Below, piece by piece: positions 9,166 through 18,179 of a stretch of 64,000 nt of DNA. Numbering within the stretch: position 1 is the first letter of the stretch; the number at the start of each line of letters is the position of its first letter. The notes under the pieces are model-generated. The model did not search any database, had not been told where the DNA came from, and saw only the letters and a program-made list of their open reading frames with translations. The position numbers were made by a program, and so were the translations under genes. Where the stretch lies: positions 18,647 through 82,646 of the forward strand of contig CAZHKE010000011.1 in NCBI GenBank assembly GCA_964532485.1, in the 5' to 3' direction. Source of the DNA: an uncultured Bifidobacteriaceae bacterium (GTDB lineage Bacteria; Actinomycetota; Acidimicrobiia; IMCC26256; PALSA-555).

Positions 9166-10523
9166 TGCTGCACCTCCATCAGCGCATGCACCTCGGCGGC
9201 GAAGTCGTCGCCCCGCGCCGCGTAGGACGGGTACCAGTCGAAGGAGGCACAGCCCGGGCTCAGCAGCACCGTGTCGCCCGTGTGCGCGAGCTCGGAGGCG
9301 CTGGCCACGGCCGCGTGCATGGAGCCCGCGCGCACGACGGTGACCAGGCCGGCGAACGCGTCCTCGATCTCGCCGGCGGCATCCCCGATCGCGACGACCC
9401 CGCGCAGCTGCGGCGCCAGCACCTGGAGCTCACCGAGGTCGATGCCCTTGTTGCGGCCGCCGGCGAGGAGCACGACCCCCTCGAGGCCCCGCGCCGCGGC
9501 GATCGTCGCGTGGACGTTCGTCGCCTTCGAGTCGTCGATCCAGCGCACCCCGTGGTCGTCGGCGACCACCTCCATGCGGTGTCGGAGACCGTCGAACGCG
9601 ACGAGCGTGCGACGCGCCGCGTCGCGGTCGGCGCCGACCTCCAGGGCGAGCGCGGCCGAGGCGAGCGCGTTGGCGAGGTCGACAGGGCGCCGACGCGCCA
9701 ACGCGTCCACGGCGACGAGCTCCTCGTCGTCGGGCGCGACGAGAACGGGCCCGGCCACCGTCTCGACGATGCGGGCACCACGCGCGGCGCCGTCGACGAT
9801 CGAGAACGGGATCCGCCGCCCGGGCGCCTCGGCCGCGAGGCCTGCCACGACCGGGTCGTCGGCGTTGAACACCAGCACGTCATCGGCGCCCTGCCCGAGG
9901 AACACACCCGCCTTCGCCCGCGCGTAGGCGTCGAACGTGCGATGCCAGTCGAGGTGGTCGGCGCCGAGGTTGAGCAGCGCCGCGGCGCGCGGGGCAAACC
10001 GCTGCGTGAACGCGAGCTGGAACGACGACACCTCCGCCACCACGACGTCGACATCGTCGCCCACCGCGTCGAGGAGCGGCCGCCCGATGTTGCCAGCCGC
10101 GGCGACCGACGCCCCGGCGGCCTCGAGGATCTCCGTCGTGAGCGTCGTCACGGTGGTCTTCCCGTTCGTGCCGGTGACCGCGACGATCGCGGGACGACCG
10201 ACCCGCGCGGCGATCTCGCCGGCGAGGTCGATCTCCGACCGGATCGGAATGCCCTGCCGGCGCGCGGCCGCGATGCTCGGGTGCCGCTCGGGCACACCCG
10301 GGCTCGGCACGACGAGATCGGCGCGAGCCGCCAGTGCGGCCGCGTGGGCAGCATCGGGCGCACCGACGACCTCGGCGCCGAGCGCCCGCGCGTCTGCAGC
10401 GCGCGTCGCCCACTCGTCGGCGTCCGGCTGGTCGTCGAGCACCACGACGTCATCGCCGATCGCCCGGCGGTGGCGAACCACCGCGGCGCCGGTCACGGCG
10501 AGCCCGACCACGAGAACCCTCAT
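9162..10523 (-). CDS. murD: UDP-N-acetylmuramoylalanine--D-glutamate ligase MurD
   Basis: MRVLVVGLAVTG, VAVTGTNGKTTVT, Mur ligase middle and C-terminal domains, and its position all fit MurD. Confidence 0.92.
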   Translation of the reverse strand: MRVLVVGLAVTGAAVVRHRRAIGDDVVVLDDQPDADEWATRAADARALGAEVVGAPDAAHAAALAARADLVVPSPGVPERHPSIAAARRQGIPIRSEIDLAGEIAARVGRPAIVAVTGTNGKTTVTTLTTEILEAAGASVAAAGNIGRPLLDAVGDDVDVVVAEVSSFQLAFTQRFAPRAAALLNLGADHLDWHRTFDAYARAKAGVFLGQGADDVLVFNADDPVVAGLAAEAPGRRIPFSIVDGAARGARIVETVAGPVLVAPDDEELVAVDALARRRPVDLANALASAALALEVGADRDAARRTLVAFDGLRHRMEVVADDHGVRWIDDSKATNVHATIAAARGLEGVVLLAGGRNKGIDLGELQVLAPQLRGVVAIGDAAGEIEDAFAGLVTVVRAGSMHAAVASASELAHTGDTVLLSPGCASFDWYPSYAARGDDFAAEVHALMEVQQ

Positions 10524-10542
10524 GAATCCACCCCGCTCGCCA

Positions 10543-11589
10543 TCAGTCCAGTGCTCCCGGGATGTTGATGAAGTCGGCGTAGAAGAGACCGATCCCGAGG
10601 GCGACGCACGCCCCGGCGAAGATCCAGAACCTCACGATCACCGTGAACTCCGGCCAGCCGACCACCTCGAAGTGATGGTGGATCGGCGCCATCCGCAGCA
10701 CCCGCCGCCCGAAGCCTCGGAAGGAGATGACCTGCGCGATGACGCTGACGGTCTCGATCACGTAGAGGCCCCCGAGCACCGGCAGCAGGAGGATCGTGTT
10801 CGACAGCAGCGCGAGCCCGGCCATGGCGCCACCGATCGCGAGCGAGCCCGTGTCGCCCATGAAGATGCGCGCGGGGGCAGCGTTCCACCACAGGAAGCCA
10901 CCGCACGCACCGGCGAGCGCGCCGGCGACGACCGCGAGATCGTTGGCGGACGCCGCCTCGACTCCGTACTCGATCGGGTGACGAAACTGCCAGAAGCAGA
11001 TGACCGTGAACGCCGCGAAGACGAAGGTCGCCGAGCCGGCCGCGAGCCCGTCCATCCCGTCCGTGATGTTGACCGCGTTGGACGAGCCGTAGACGACGAT
11101 CACCGCGAGCGCGAACCACAGCCACGTGCCGAGGTCCAGGTCGATGACCCTGGTGAACGAGAGCGATGTCGACGTGTCGACCCACCGCAGCGCGAGCAGC
11201 GCGAACCCGGATGCGACGACGAGCTGCCCTCCGGTCTTGCCGCGCTTTCGCAACCCCATGTTCCGCCCTCGGCGAACCGCGAGATAGTCGTCGATGAACC
11301 CGACGGTCGCGAGCCCGATCACGAGGAACATCAAGGTGACACCCGTGCGCGCGAACTTGAGCTGCTCGGTGCGGACGTGAGCGACCATGTACCCGAGCAC
11401 GACACCGACGACGATCGCGATGCCGCCCATGGTCGGCGTACCGGCCTTGCCGGCGTGCGGATGCGTGAAGGGCCCGTCGTCACGGATCAGCTGCCCGACG
11501 CCGCGCGCTCGGAGCGCGCGGATCAGCAGCGGCGTCCCGAGCACTGTCACGGCGAACGCGACGGCTCCGGCGATCAGGAGTGCGATCAC
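10543..11589 (-). CDS. mraY: Phospho-N-acetylmuramoyl-pentapeptide transferase MraY
   Basis: KAGTPTMGGI, NAVNITDGMDGLA and FMGDTGSLAIGG motifs are present. It has a GTGA overlap with murF. Confidence 0.94.
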   Translation of the reverse strand: MIALLIAGAVAFAVTVLGTPLLIRALRARGVGQLIRDDGPFTHPHAGKAGTPTMGGIAIVVGVVLGYMVAHVRTEQLKFARTGVTLMFLVIGLATVGFIDDYLAVRRGRNMGLRKRGKTGGQLVVASGFALLALRWVDTSTSLSFTRVIDLDLGTWLWFALAVIVVYGSSNAVNITDGMDGLAAGSATFVFAAFTVICFWQFRHPIEYGVEAASANDLAVVAGALAGACGGFLWWNAAPARIFMGDTGSLAIGGAMAGLALLSNTILLLPVLGGLYVIETVSVIAQVISFRGFGRRVLRMAPIHHHFEVVGWPEFTVIVRFWIFAGACVALGIGLFYADFINIPGALD

Positions 11590-12956
11590 CGCAAGCGCTC
11601 CACGAGCAGCTCGTCGGCGACCCGGTCGAGACCGACCGCGCGGCTGGCCTTGACGAGCACCGCATCACCGGGGCGCAAGAGCTCGCGCAGGAGGGCGGTG
11701 GCGTCGTCGACCCCACCGACATGACGGAGCTCCGGGACCGATCCGCGCGCGCCCTCGGCCAGCGCCGGGGCCTGCACGACGATCACGACGTCGATGCCGA
11801 ACTCGCCCGTGAGCTCGCCGATCGCGCGGTGCTCTGCGGCCGCGTGCTCACCGAGCTCGAGCATCTCGCCGAGCACCGCGACGCGACGGCCCCGGACCTG
11901 CAGCCGTGCGAGCGACCGCACCGCGGCCGCGGCCGACGTCGGGCTGGAGTTGTAGGCGTCGTTGATCACGACGACCCCGTCGGTGGTGCGCACGAGCTCC
12001 ATGCGCCACGCCGCGGTGGTCGCACCGGCCAGTCCGGCCGCAACGGCGTCGAACGGGGCCCCGAGCGAGAGCGCGACCGTCCCGGCCATCGCCGCGTTCT
12101 CCACCTGATGCTCACCCCGCAGCCCGACACCGACCGATCCGGAACCCCACGGCGTGGTGAGCCGGCACCTCGGGAAGAGGTCGTCGTCGAGCACGACGTC
12201 GGTGATGACGACGTCGGCGGCGGTGCTCCTCCCCACCGTCACGACGCGGGCTCTGGTGCGCTTCGCGAGCGCCTGCGACGCTGCACAGTCGTCGTTGAGC
12301 ACCGCCAGCCCGTCGGCCGGGAGCGCGTCGAGCAGCTCGCCCTTGACGCGAGCCACCCCCTCACGTCCCCCGAGGTGCTCGGCGTGGGCCATGCCGACGT
12401 GCGTCACGACCCCGATACGGGGCTTCGCGAGGTCGGACAGCTGCGTGACGTTGCCGGCGAACCGCGCACCCATCTCGGTGACGAGCACCTCGGTGCCCTC
12501 GGGTGCGCCGAGCAACGTCAGTGGCAACCCCGCCTCGTTGTTGAACGACGCCGGGCTCGCGTGCACGCGGTGGGTGGCCGCGAGTGCGGCCGCGGTCAGG
12601 TCCTTGGTCGCCGTCTTGCCGGCCGAGCCCGTGATGCCGACGACCGTGGCGTCCCCGAGCCGGCTCCGCGCGAGCCGAGCGCAGTCCGCGAGGGCCACCA
12701 TGGGGTCGTCGACCTCGACGAGGGGCCGGGCCGCGACCGCCGTGGGCCCACGGTGGTCGACGACGGCCATCGAGGCACCGCGTGCGAACGCGTCGGCGAC
12801 GAAGTCGAGCCCGTCGCGTTCGGCCCGGAGCGCGAAGAAGCACGCGCCCGGCTCGAGGGTCCGAGAGTCGATCGCGAACGCGGACGCCTCGGCGTGGGAG
12901 CTGCCGTGGACGACCCCGCTCGAAGCGCCGGCGACCTCCGCTGCGGTCAGCCGCAC
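11586..12956 (-). CDS. murF: UDP-MurNAc-tripeptide--D-Ala-D-Ala ligase MurF
   Basis: GITGSAGKTATKDL P-loop, Mur ligase domains, and position between murE and mraY. Confidence 0.92.
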   Translation of the reverse strand: MRLTAAEVAGASSGVVHGSSHAEASAFAIDSRTLEPGACFFALRAERDGLDFVADAFARGASMAVVDHRGPTAVAARPLVEVDDPMVALADCARLARSRLGDATVVGITGSAGKTATKDLTAAALAATHRVHASPASFNNEAGLPLTLLGAPEGTEVLVTEMGARFAGNVTQLSDLAKPRIGVVTHVGMAHAEHLGGREGVARVKGELLDALPADGLAVLNDDCAASQALAKRTRARVVTVGRSTAADVVITDVVLDDDLFPRCRLTTPWGSGSVGVGLRGEHQVENAAMAGTVALSLGAPFDAVAAGLAGATTAAWRMELVRTTDGVVVINDAYNSSPTSAAAAVRSLARLQVRGRRVAVLGEMLELGEHAAAEHRAIGELTGEFGIDVVIVVQAPALAEGARGSVPELRHVGGVDDATALLRELLRPGDAVLVKASRAVGLDRVADELLVERLR

Positions 12957-14419
12957 GACGATGCCTCGAGCTCTTCACGTGCGACGACGCGGTCGTCGAA
13001 CGGGACGGACGCGCCGCCCGTGGTCTGCCCGGTCTCGTGGCCCTTGCCGGCGATCAGCACGACGTCGCCACCGGTGGCGCCGTCGATCGCGGTGCGAATG
13101 GCGGCGCGGCGGTCGAGCTCGACCGTCACGTCGGCTCCGGGCAGGACACCGGCGAGCACCTCGTCGGCGATGTCCGCGGCGAGCTCCGAGCGGGGGTTGT
13201 CGGACGTGATGACCGAGACGTCGGCCGAGCCGCTCGCCACCTCGGCCATCCGCGGCCGCTTCGCCCGGTCGCGATCGCCACCGCACCCGAACACCACGAG
13301 CACGCGACCCGAGCCCGCGACGGCTCGCGCGGCCGCGATCGCGTGCATCAGCGCGTCGGGTGTGTGTGCGTAGTCGACGAACACCGAGAAGTCCTGACCA
13401 GCCTCGATCGCCTCGAAGCGACCCGGCACACGCACCACCCGCCCGAGGCCGCCCGCCACCGCCTCGAACGGGACCGCGGCCGCCCGCGCCGTCGCCGCGG
13501 CCGCGAGCGCGTTGGCAACGTTGTGGAGGCCGACGATCCGGGTGCGGACGACGGCCTGGGCACCGGCTCGACGATCGACGAGCGTGAACCGGGCGCCGTC
13601 GCGGAGGAGCTCGAGGTCGCGCGCGTGCACAGCTGCACGCTCGCGGCTCAACGAGTACTCGATCACGTCGAGGCCGCCGGCACCGGCGCGGCTCGCGATC
13701 GTGCGACCGTGCTCGTCGTCGACGTTGACCGCCGCGACCCGTGTGAACGCGTCGGTGAAGAGGCGGAGCTTCGCTTCGAGGTAGGCGGCCTCGTCGCCGT
13801 GGTAGTCGAGGTGGTCGTGCGAGAGATTGGTGAAGCAGGCGGCGGCGAAGCGCGTCGCGTCGACCCGATGCTGCGCCAGCGCGTGCGAGGAGACCTCCAT
13901 CGCGACCGTGGTGACACCCTCGCTCCGCATGCGCGCGAGGAGCGCCTGGAGCTCGGTCGCCTCGGGCGTCGTGTGGCCGAGGGGCACGTCGCGATCACCG
14001 ATGGTGGCTCCTGTCGTGCCGATCGAGCCAGCCCGCTCACCGGCTTCGCCGGCGATCGCCGTGAGCAGGTGGCAGACCGTCGTCTTGCCGTTCGTGCCCG
14101 TGACCGCGAGGCACTGCATCGCGGCCGACGGGAAATCGTGGAAGCGCGCCGCCAGGGGCCCGATCGCCGCACGCGTGCTCGCCACGCGCGCCTCGCTGAC
14201 GCCGAGGTGGAGCGGTCGCTCCACGAGCAGGGCCACCGCACCCGCGTCGACCGCGGCGGCGGCGTGCTCGTGGCCGTCGGTGTGCTCACCGGGGATGCAC
14301 GCGAACAGCGACCCGGGCGTCACGCGTCGGCTGTCGGCCGTGAGCGAAGTCACGTCGACCGCGGGATCGCCGTCGACCCGCTCCTCGTCGATGTCGGCAA
14401 GCAGCGCCTGCAGCAGCAC
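12947..14419 (-). CDS. murE: UDP-MurNAc-L-Ala-D-Glu--2,6-diaminopimelate ligase MurE
   Basis: AVTGTNGKTTVCHL and the meso-DAP-type DNPR motif (ITSDNPRSE) are present. The GTG start is preceded by GGAGGA. Confidence 0.92.
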   Translation of the reverse strand: MLLQALLADIDEERVDGDPAVDVTSLTADSRRVTPGSLFACIPGEHTDGHEHAAAAVDAGAVALLVERPLHLGVSEARVASTRAAIGPLAARFHDFPSAAMQCLAVTGTNGKTTVCHLLTAIAGEAGERAGSIGTTGATIGDRDVPLGHTTPEATELQALLARMRSEGVTTVAMEVSSHALAQHRVDATRFAAACFTNLSHDHLDYHGDEAAYLEAKLRLFTDAFTRVAAVNVDDEHGRTIASRAGAGGLDVIEYSLSRERAAVHARDLELLRDGARFTLVDRRAGAQAVVRTRIVGLHNVANALAAAATARAAAVPFEAVAGGLGRVVRVPGRFEAIEAGQDFSVFVDYAHTPDALMHAIAAARAVAGSGRVLVVFGCGGDRDRAKRPRMAEVASGSADVSVITSDNPRSELAADIADEVLAGVLPGADVTVELDRRAAIRTAIDGATGGDVVLIAGKGHETGQTTGGASVPFDDRVVAREELEASSCG

Positions 14420-14554
14420 GCGCGCGATCCTCCCCGATCCGCAGCGGAACCAGTAACGGTAGCGGTGGGCGCGAGTCGCTCTCGCTTCGCCGCTCGCCCC
14501 ACAACGGTCGTGGCGACCCCGGTGCCGAACCTCTGTCCCATCCGCTCCGGCCCC

Positions 14555-16519
14555 CTACGACGTCGCCGGGACGCGGTCGACGGCCAGGGCGTACTGCATG
14601 ATCCGGGCGAACGTGGGGGCCGCGGCCCGCCCACCGGTGGCGTTCACCTGGGGCTCGTCGAGCACGACGATCGCGGCGAGGCGCGGCGAGTCGGCCGGCG
14701 CGAACCCGGCGAACGACGTCACGTACTGGTACGGGGGGTGCTCGTACGGGGGCTTGCGGGCGGTTCCGGTCTTGCCGGCGACGCGATAGCCCGTGATCTG
14801 CGCGTTCGTGCCCGTGCCGTCGGCGACGACTCCCTCGAGGAGGCCCTGCATCGTGCGCGCGGTCTGCGCCGAGACGACCCGTCGCGTCGCGCCGAGGGGC
14901 TGCTCGCGGCGGTTGCCGTCGGCGTCGATCGTCGCCTCGAGCAGCCGCGGCGTGCGGGCGACGCCGTCATTGGCGATCGTGAGGTAGACGTCGAGCATCT
15001 GCATGGCCGTCACGGCGATGCCGCTGCCGATCGGCATCGACGCCATGCTCGTGTCGTTGTACTGGTCGAGCGGCAGCAGGATCCCCGGCGCCTCACCCGG
15101 GTAGTCGAGACCCGTCGCGCTCCCGAAGCCGAAGTCGCGCAGGGCCTGGTCGAAGCGCGCCCGGCCCAGCATCCGCGCGATCTGGATCGTGCCGACGTTC
15201 GACGAGTACGTCACGATGTCGGCGACCGACAGGTCCGTCGGGTGGGAGTGCACGTCTTCGTACCGCTGATCGTCGACGACGATCGCACCGGGCACCTGGA
15301 GCACGGTGCTCGGGTTCACCAGCCCGGCTTCGAGGGCGGCCGCGATCGTGACGACCTTGTTGGTGGAGCCGGGTTCGAAGACGTCGGTGAGCGGGCGGTT
15401 GGGCGTCGACGACGGGGCCGGATGCGCCGGGACCTCGGCGGTTGCTCCGTCGACGCTGGCCATCGCGAGCACGTCGCCCGTCTGCACGTCGGCGAGGACG
15501 ACCGTGCCGCCCCTCGCCCTCGTGCTCGTGACCTCTTCCGCGAGCACACGCTCGACCTCGTACTGGAGCGACTGGTCGATCGTCAGGATGAGATCCGATC
15601 CACGCTGGGGCGCACGCACCCGCTGCACCCCCTCAGGGAGCTCACGGCCTTGGGGATCGCGCTCGACCTTCATCTCGCCGGGCTTGCCGGCGAGCGTGGA
15701 GTCGAAGCCGACCTCGATGCCGCCGAGGCCGTTGTTGTCGACACCCACGAACCCGAGCAGCGGGGCGGCGAGGGATCCCGACGGGTAGTAGCGCTTCGGC
15801 TCGGCGACGAAGCCGATCGAGTCGAGGCCCAGCTTGCGCACCTTCGCCGCGACGTCGCGCTCGACCTGGCGCGCGACGTAGACGAACGAGCGGTCCTTCT
15901 GACCGAGCGTCCCCGCGAGGGCCACCGGGTCGGCACCGATGAGCGGCGCGAGCGCGGCGGCGTACGCGTCGGGATCGTCGATGCCGCGCGGGTCGGCCCA
16001 CACGCTCGAGCGCGAGACCGACACCGCGAGGTCATTGCCGTTGCGGTCGAAGATGCCACCACGCTCCGCCGGCAGGGCGACGAGCTGGACCCGCTGGTCG
16101 AGACCCAGCTGCTCGTACCGCTGCTGCTCCCCCGCCTGGAGCTCGACCAGGCGCATCCCCAGGAGGCCGTAGACGCACCCGATCACGACCAGGATCGCGA
16201 GCAGGCGGCCCCGGGGCGTGCGCAGGACCCGATGCCGAGCCGCCTCGAGCCGTCGCGCGGGCCCGGTGCGACGCGACTCGCGGTGCGGGCGCCGGGTCTG
16301 CGGCGCGGGCGTCAGCTCGCCCGACGGGTCCTCGTCGAAGCCGCGACGAGCTCGGCGTCGGGCCTTTCGCAGGGCCGGTGACGCAACCCGACGCACACCG
16401 GGGGCGCGAGATGCCGGACGCCCGGGGTCGTGGCGCGACGCGGGTCGAGACGCCGAGCGCGAGGCGCGGCGCGTCCGGGGCCGCTGCGGCGCGGCGTGCC
16501 GATCACGGGGCAGCGTCAA
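14555..16519 (-). CDS. ftsI: Class B penicillin-binding protein (FtsI/PBP3-like transpeptidase); start codon unresolved
   Basis: There is a TM segment (RLLAILVVIGCVYGLLG), a dimerisation domain, then SxxK (GSTNK), SxN (SSN) and KTG (KTGT). The ORF is open to 16648. GC3 in the overlap favours the ftsL frame, so I use TTG 16519; GTG 16396 is also possible. Confidence 0.85.
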   Translation of the reverse strand: MTLPRDRHAAPQRPRTRRASRSASRPASRHDPGRPASRAPGVRRVASPALRKARRRARRGFDEDPSGELTPAPQTRRPHRESRRTGPARRLEAARHRVLRTPRGRLLAILVVIGCVYGLLGMRLVELQAGEQQRYEQLGLDQRVQLVALPAERGGIFDRNGNDLAVSVSRSSVWADPRGIDDPDAYAAALAPLIGADPVALAGTLGQKDRSFVYVARQVERDVAAKVRKLGLDSIGFVAEPKRYYPSGSLAAPLLGFVGVDNNGLGGIEVGFDSTLAGKPGEMKVERDPQGRELPEGVQRVRAPQRGSDLILTIDQSLQYEVERVLAEEVTSTRARGGTVVLADVQTGDVLAMASVDGATAEVPAHPAPSSTPNRPLTDVFEPGSTNKVVTIAAALEAGLVNPSTVLQVPGAIVVDDQRYEDVHSHPTDLSVADIVTYSSNVGTIQIARMLGRARFDQALRDFGFGSATGLDYPGEAPGILLPLDQYNDTSMASMPIGSGIAVTAMQMLDVYLTIANDGVARTPRLLEATIDADGNRREQPLGATRRVVSAQTARTMQGLLEGVVADGTGTNAQITGYRVAGKTGTARKPPYEHPPYQYVTSFAGFAPADSPRLAAIVVLDEPQVNATGGRAAAPTFARIMQYALAVDRVPATS

Positions 16520-16979
16520 AGGTCGGCTTGACCTCGGTCCAGCCGTGCAGGGTCGTTGCCGTGCCCTCGGGAGGCAGCGGCGCCTCGCCGGCGACCGGGA
16601 TCGCCGTCGGTGGACCGGCTGGCGGGACGAGGCCGAGCTCCTGCGCACGGGCGACGACCCGCTCGGGTGACGCGAGCGTCGCGTGCTCGTAGCGCGCCTG
16701 CTCGTACTTCTGCTCTGCCTCGGTCATCTGCTGCTCGATGCGATCGATCGCGACCTGGCTCTGGGCGAGCAGCGCGCGGAACGCCACGATCGTGAACACG
16801 GCGAGCACGACGACCGACCCGACGATCGCGACCTGGCGCCGACGGTGTCGCGCGCGACGCGACGGCTCGACGACGACGAGGTGCCGCGCATGAGGCCTCT
16901 CGCGCCTTGGCGCGCGCAGCCGGCTGGCGTCGCGGGGAACACGTGCCGGGCGCGGCGCGGGGATGGTGACGGCGGTCAT
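16503..16979 (-). CDS. ftsL: Septum formation initiator FtsL-like protein (TM plus coiled coil)
   Basis: It has an Arg-rich tail, a TM segment (VAIVGSVVVLAVFTIVAF) and a coiled coil (IDRIEQQMTEAEQKYEQARYE). It sits between rsmH and ftsI, with an ATGA overlap with rsmH. The call rests on architecture and position only. Confidence 0.75.
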   Translation of the reverse strand: MTAVTIPAPRPARVPRDASRLRAPRRERPHARHLVVVEPSRRARHRRRQVAIVGSVVVLAVFTIVAFRALLAQSQVAIDRIEQQMTEAEQKYEQARYEHATLASPERVVARAQELGLVPPAGPPTAIPVAGEAPLPPEGTATTLHGWTEVKPTFDAAP

Positions 16980-17977
16980 GACCCGGCCGGCGTCGGGAGC
17001 TTCTCGACGGCGCGCAGGCGCGCGCTCCGGGCCCGCGGGTTCGCGCTCACCTCCGCGTCACGCGGGCGCATCGCGCGACGCGTGATGCGCCGGACCAGGC
17101 CCTGGCGCTCGGGCTCCACGGGAAAGCCGGGCAGGTGCTGGTCGCGCGAGCCGGCCCAGGCCGCGAACCGCTCCTTGACCAGCCGGTCCTCGAGCGAGTG
17201 GTACGCGAGCACGAGGATTCGTCCACCGGGAGCGAGCAGATGCACCGACTCGTCGAGCCCCTCGGCCAGGTTCGGCAGCTCGCGGTTGACTTCCATGCGG
17301 ATCGCCTGGAAGGTGCGCCGCGCCGGGTGACCGCCGCGACGACGTGAGCGCGCCGGGATCGCCTGCTTCACCGCGTCGACGAGGTCGGCGGTCGTGTGCA
17401 GGGGGCGGCGCGCCACGATGCGGGCGGCGATCTGGCGCGCGAAGCGCTCCTCGCCGTTCTCGGCGATGACCTCCGCGAGCCGACCCTCCGAGTACTCGTT
17501 GACGACCTCTTCGGCCGTGAGCTCCTGCGCGGCATCCATGCGCATGTCGAGCGGCGCCTCGCCCCAGTACGAGAAGCCTCGGTCCGGTCGGTCGAGCTGC
17601 GGGCTGCTGGTGCCCAGATCGAACAGGATTGCCATGATCTTCCCCTCGCTCTCGTGACCACTCAGCACCGCAGCGCCGGAGCGGACGATCTCGGCGACGT
17701 CTTCGAAGCCGCCGTGCACGACGTGGGCCCGATCCCCGAAGGGGGCAAGTCGCTCCCGGGCCGCGACCACGGCGTCGGCATCGCGATCGATGCCGAGCAC
17801 GGTCACGGTCGGACGGGACTCCAGAAGCAGCCGGGCATGCCCGCCGCCCCCGACCGTCGCGTCGACGACGGTGCCTCCCGGTACCGGTGCGAGGAGCTCG
17901 AGCACCTCCCGGGCCATCACCGGGTCGTGCTCGAAGCTTGGTGGTGCTGGCTGGCCCATCGGTCCCCTCGCGGCCAC
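16976..17977 (-). CDS. rsmH: 16S rRNA (cytosine1402-N4)-methyltransferase RsmH (MraW)
   Basis: HDPVMAREV..., GGGGHA, FDLGTSSPQLD and LAYHSLEDRLVK motifs are present. GTG 17977 is preceded by GAGG; ATG 17959 is an alternative start. Confidence 0.92.
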   Translation of the reverse strand: MAARGPMGQPAPPSFEHDPVMAREVLELLAPVPGGTVVDATVGGGGHARLLLESRPTVTVLGIDRDADAVVAARERLAPFGDRAHVVHGGFEDVAEIVRSGAAVLSGHESEGKIMAILFDLGTSSPQLDRPDRGFSYWGEAPLDMRMDAAQELTAEEVVNEYSEGRLAEVIAENGEERFARQIAARIVARRPLHTTADLVDAVKQAIPARSRRRGGHPARRTFQAIRMEVNRELPNLAEGLDESVHLLAPGGRILVLAYHSLEDRLVKERFAAWAGSRDQHLPGFPVEPERQGLVRRITRRAMRPRDAEVSANPRARSARLRAVEKLPTPAGS

Positions 17978-17993
17978 CGGCGCCTCGGCCGGG

Positions 17994-18107
17994 CCTGCTG
18001 CGAGCCCCCCGGACGGACGAGTGCCGTTCGGTTGTCTCTCCGAATCGACTCGGTGGAAGCGGGCGGAGTAGGGGCTTCACCGCGCCGACCGGGGGGCTCG
18101 CAGCAGG
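17994..18107 (-). promoter_or_regulatory. Structured 5'-UTR/intercistronic RNA element upstream of rsmH, probably the actinobacterial mraW RNA motif
   Basis: A perfect 19-nt inverted repeat (17994-18012 cctgctgcgagccccccgg / 18089-18107 ccggggggctcgcagcagg) encloses 76 nt containing smaller helices. It lies in the 202-nt mraZ-rsmH spacer and ends 17 nt from the rsmH start. A conserved mraW motif is described at this location in Actinobacteria. I did not run a covariance model. Confidence 0.55.
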
Positions 18108-18179
18108 TCAGGCTGAGGCTGTCTGGTCGTCAGGCCTTCGTCGCGAGTTGCTCCTCTCTCCTCGTCGTCTCGTTGCGAG

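Noticed and set aside
12782-16381. 1199-aa plus-strand ORF
   Set aside because: It is antisense to murE and the PBP gene, both of which carry diagnostic motifs. The translation is Arg/Gly/Asp/Ala-rich with no recognisable domain. This is a typical high-GC antisense shadow.
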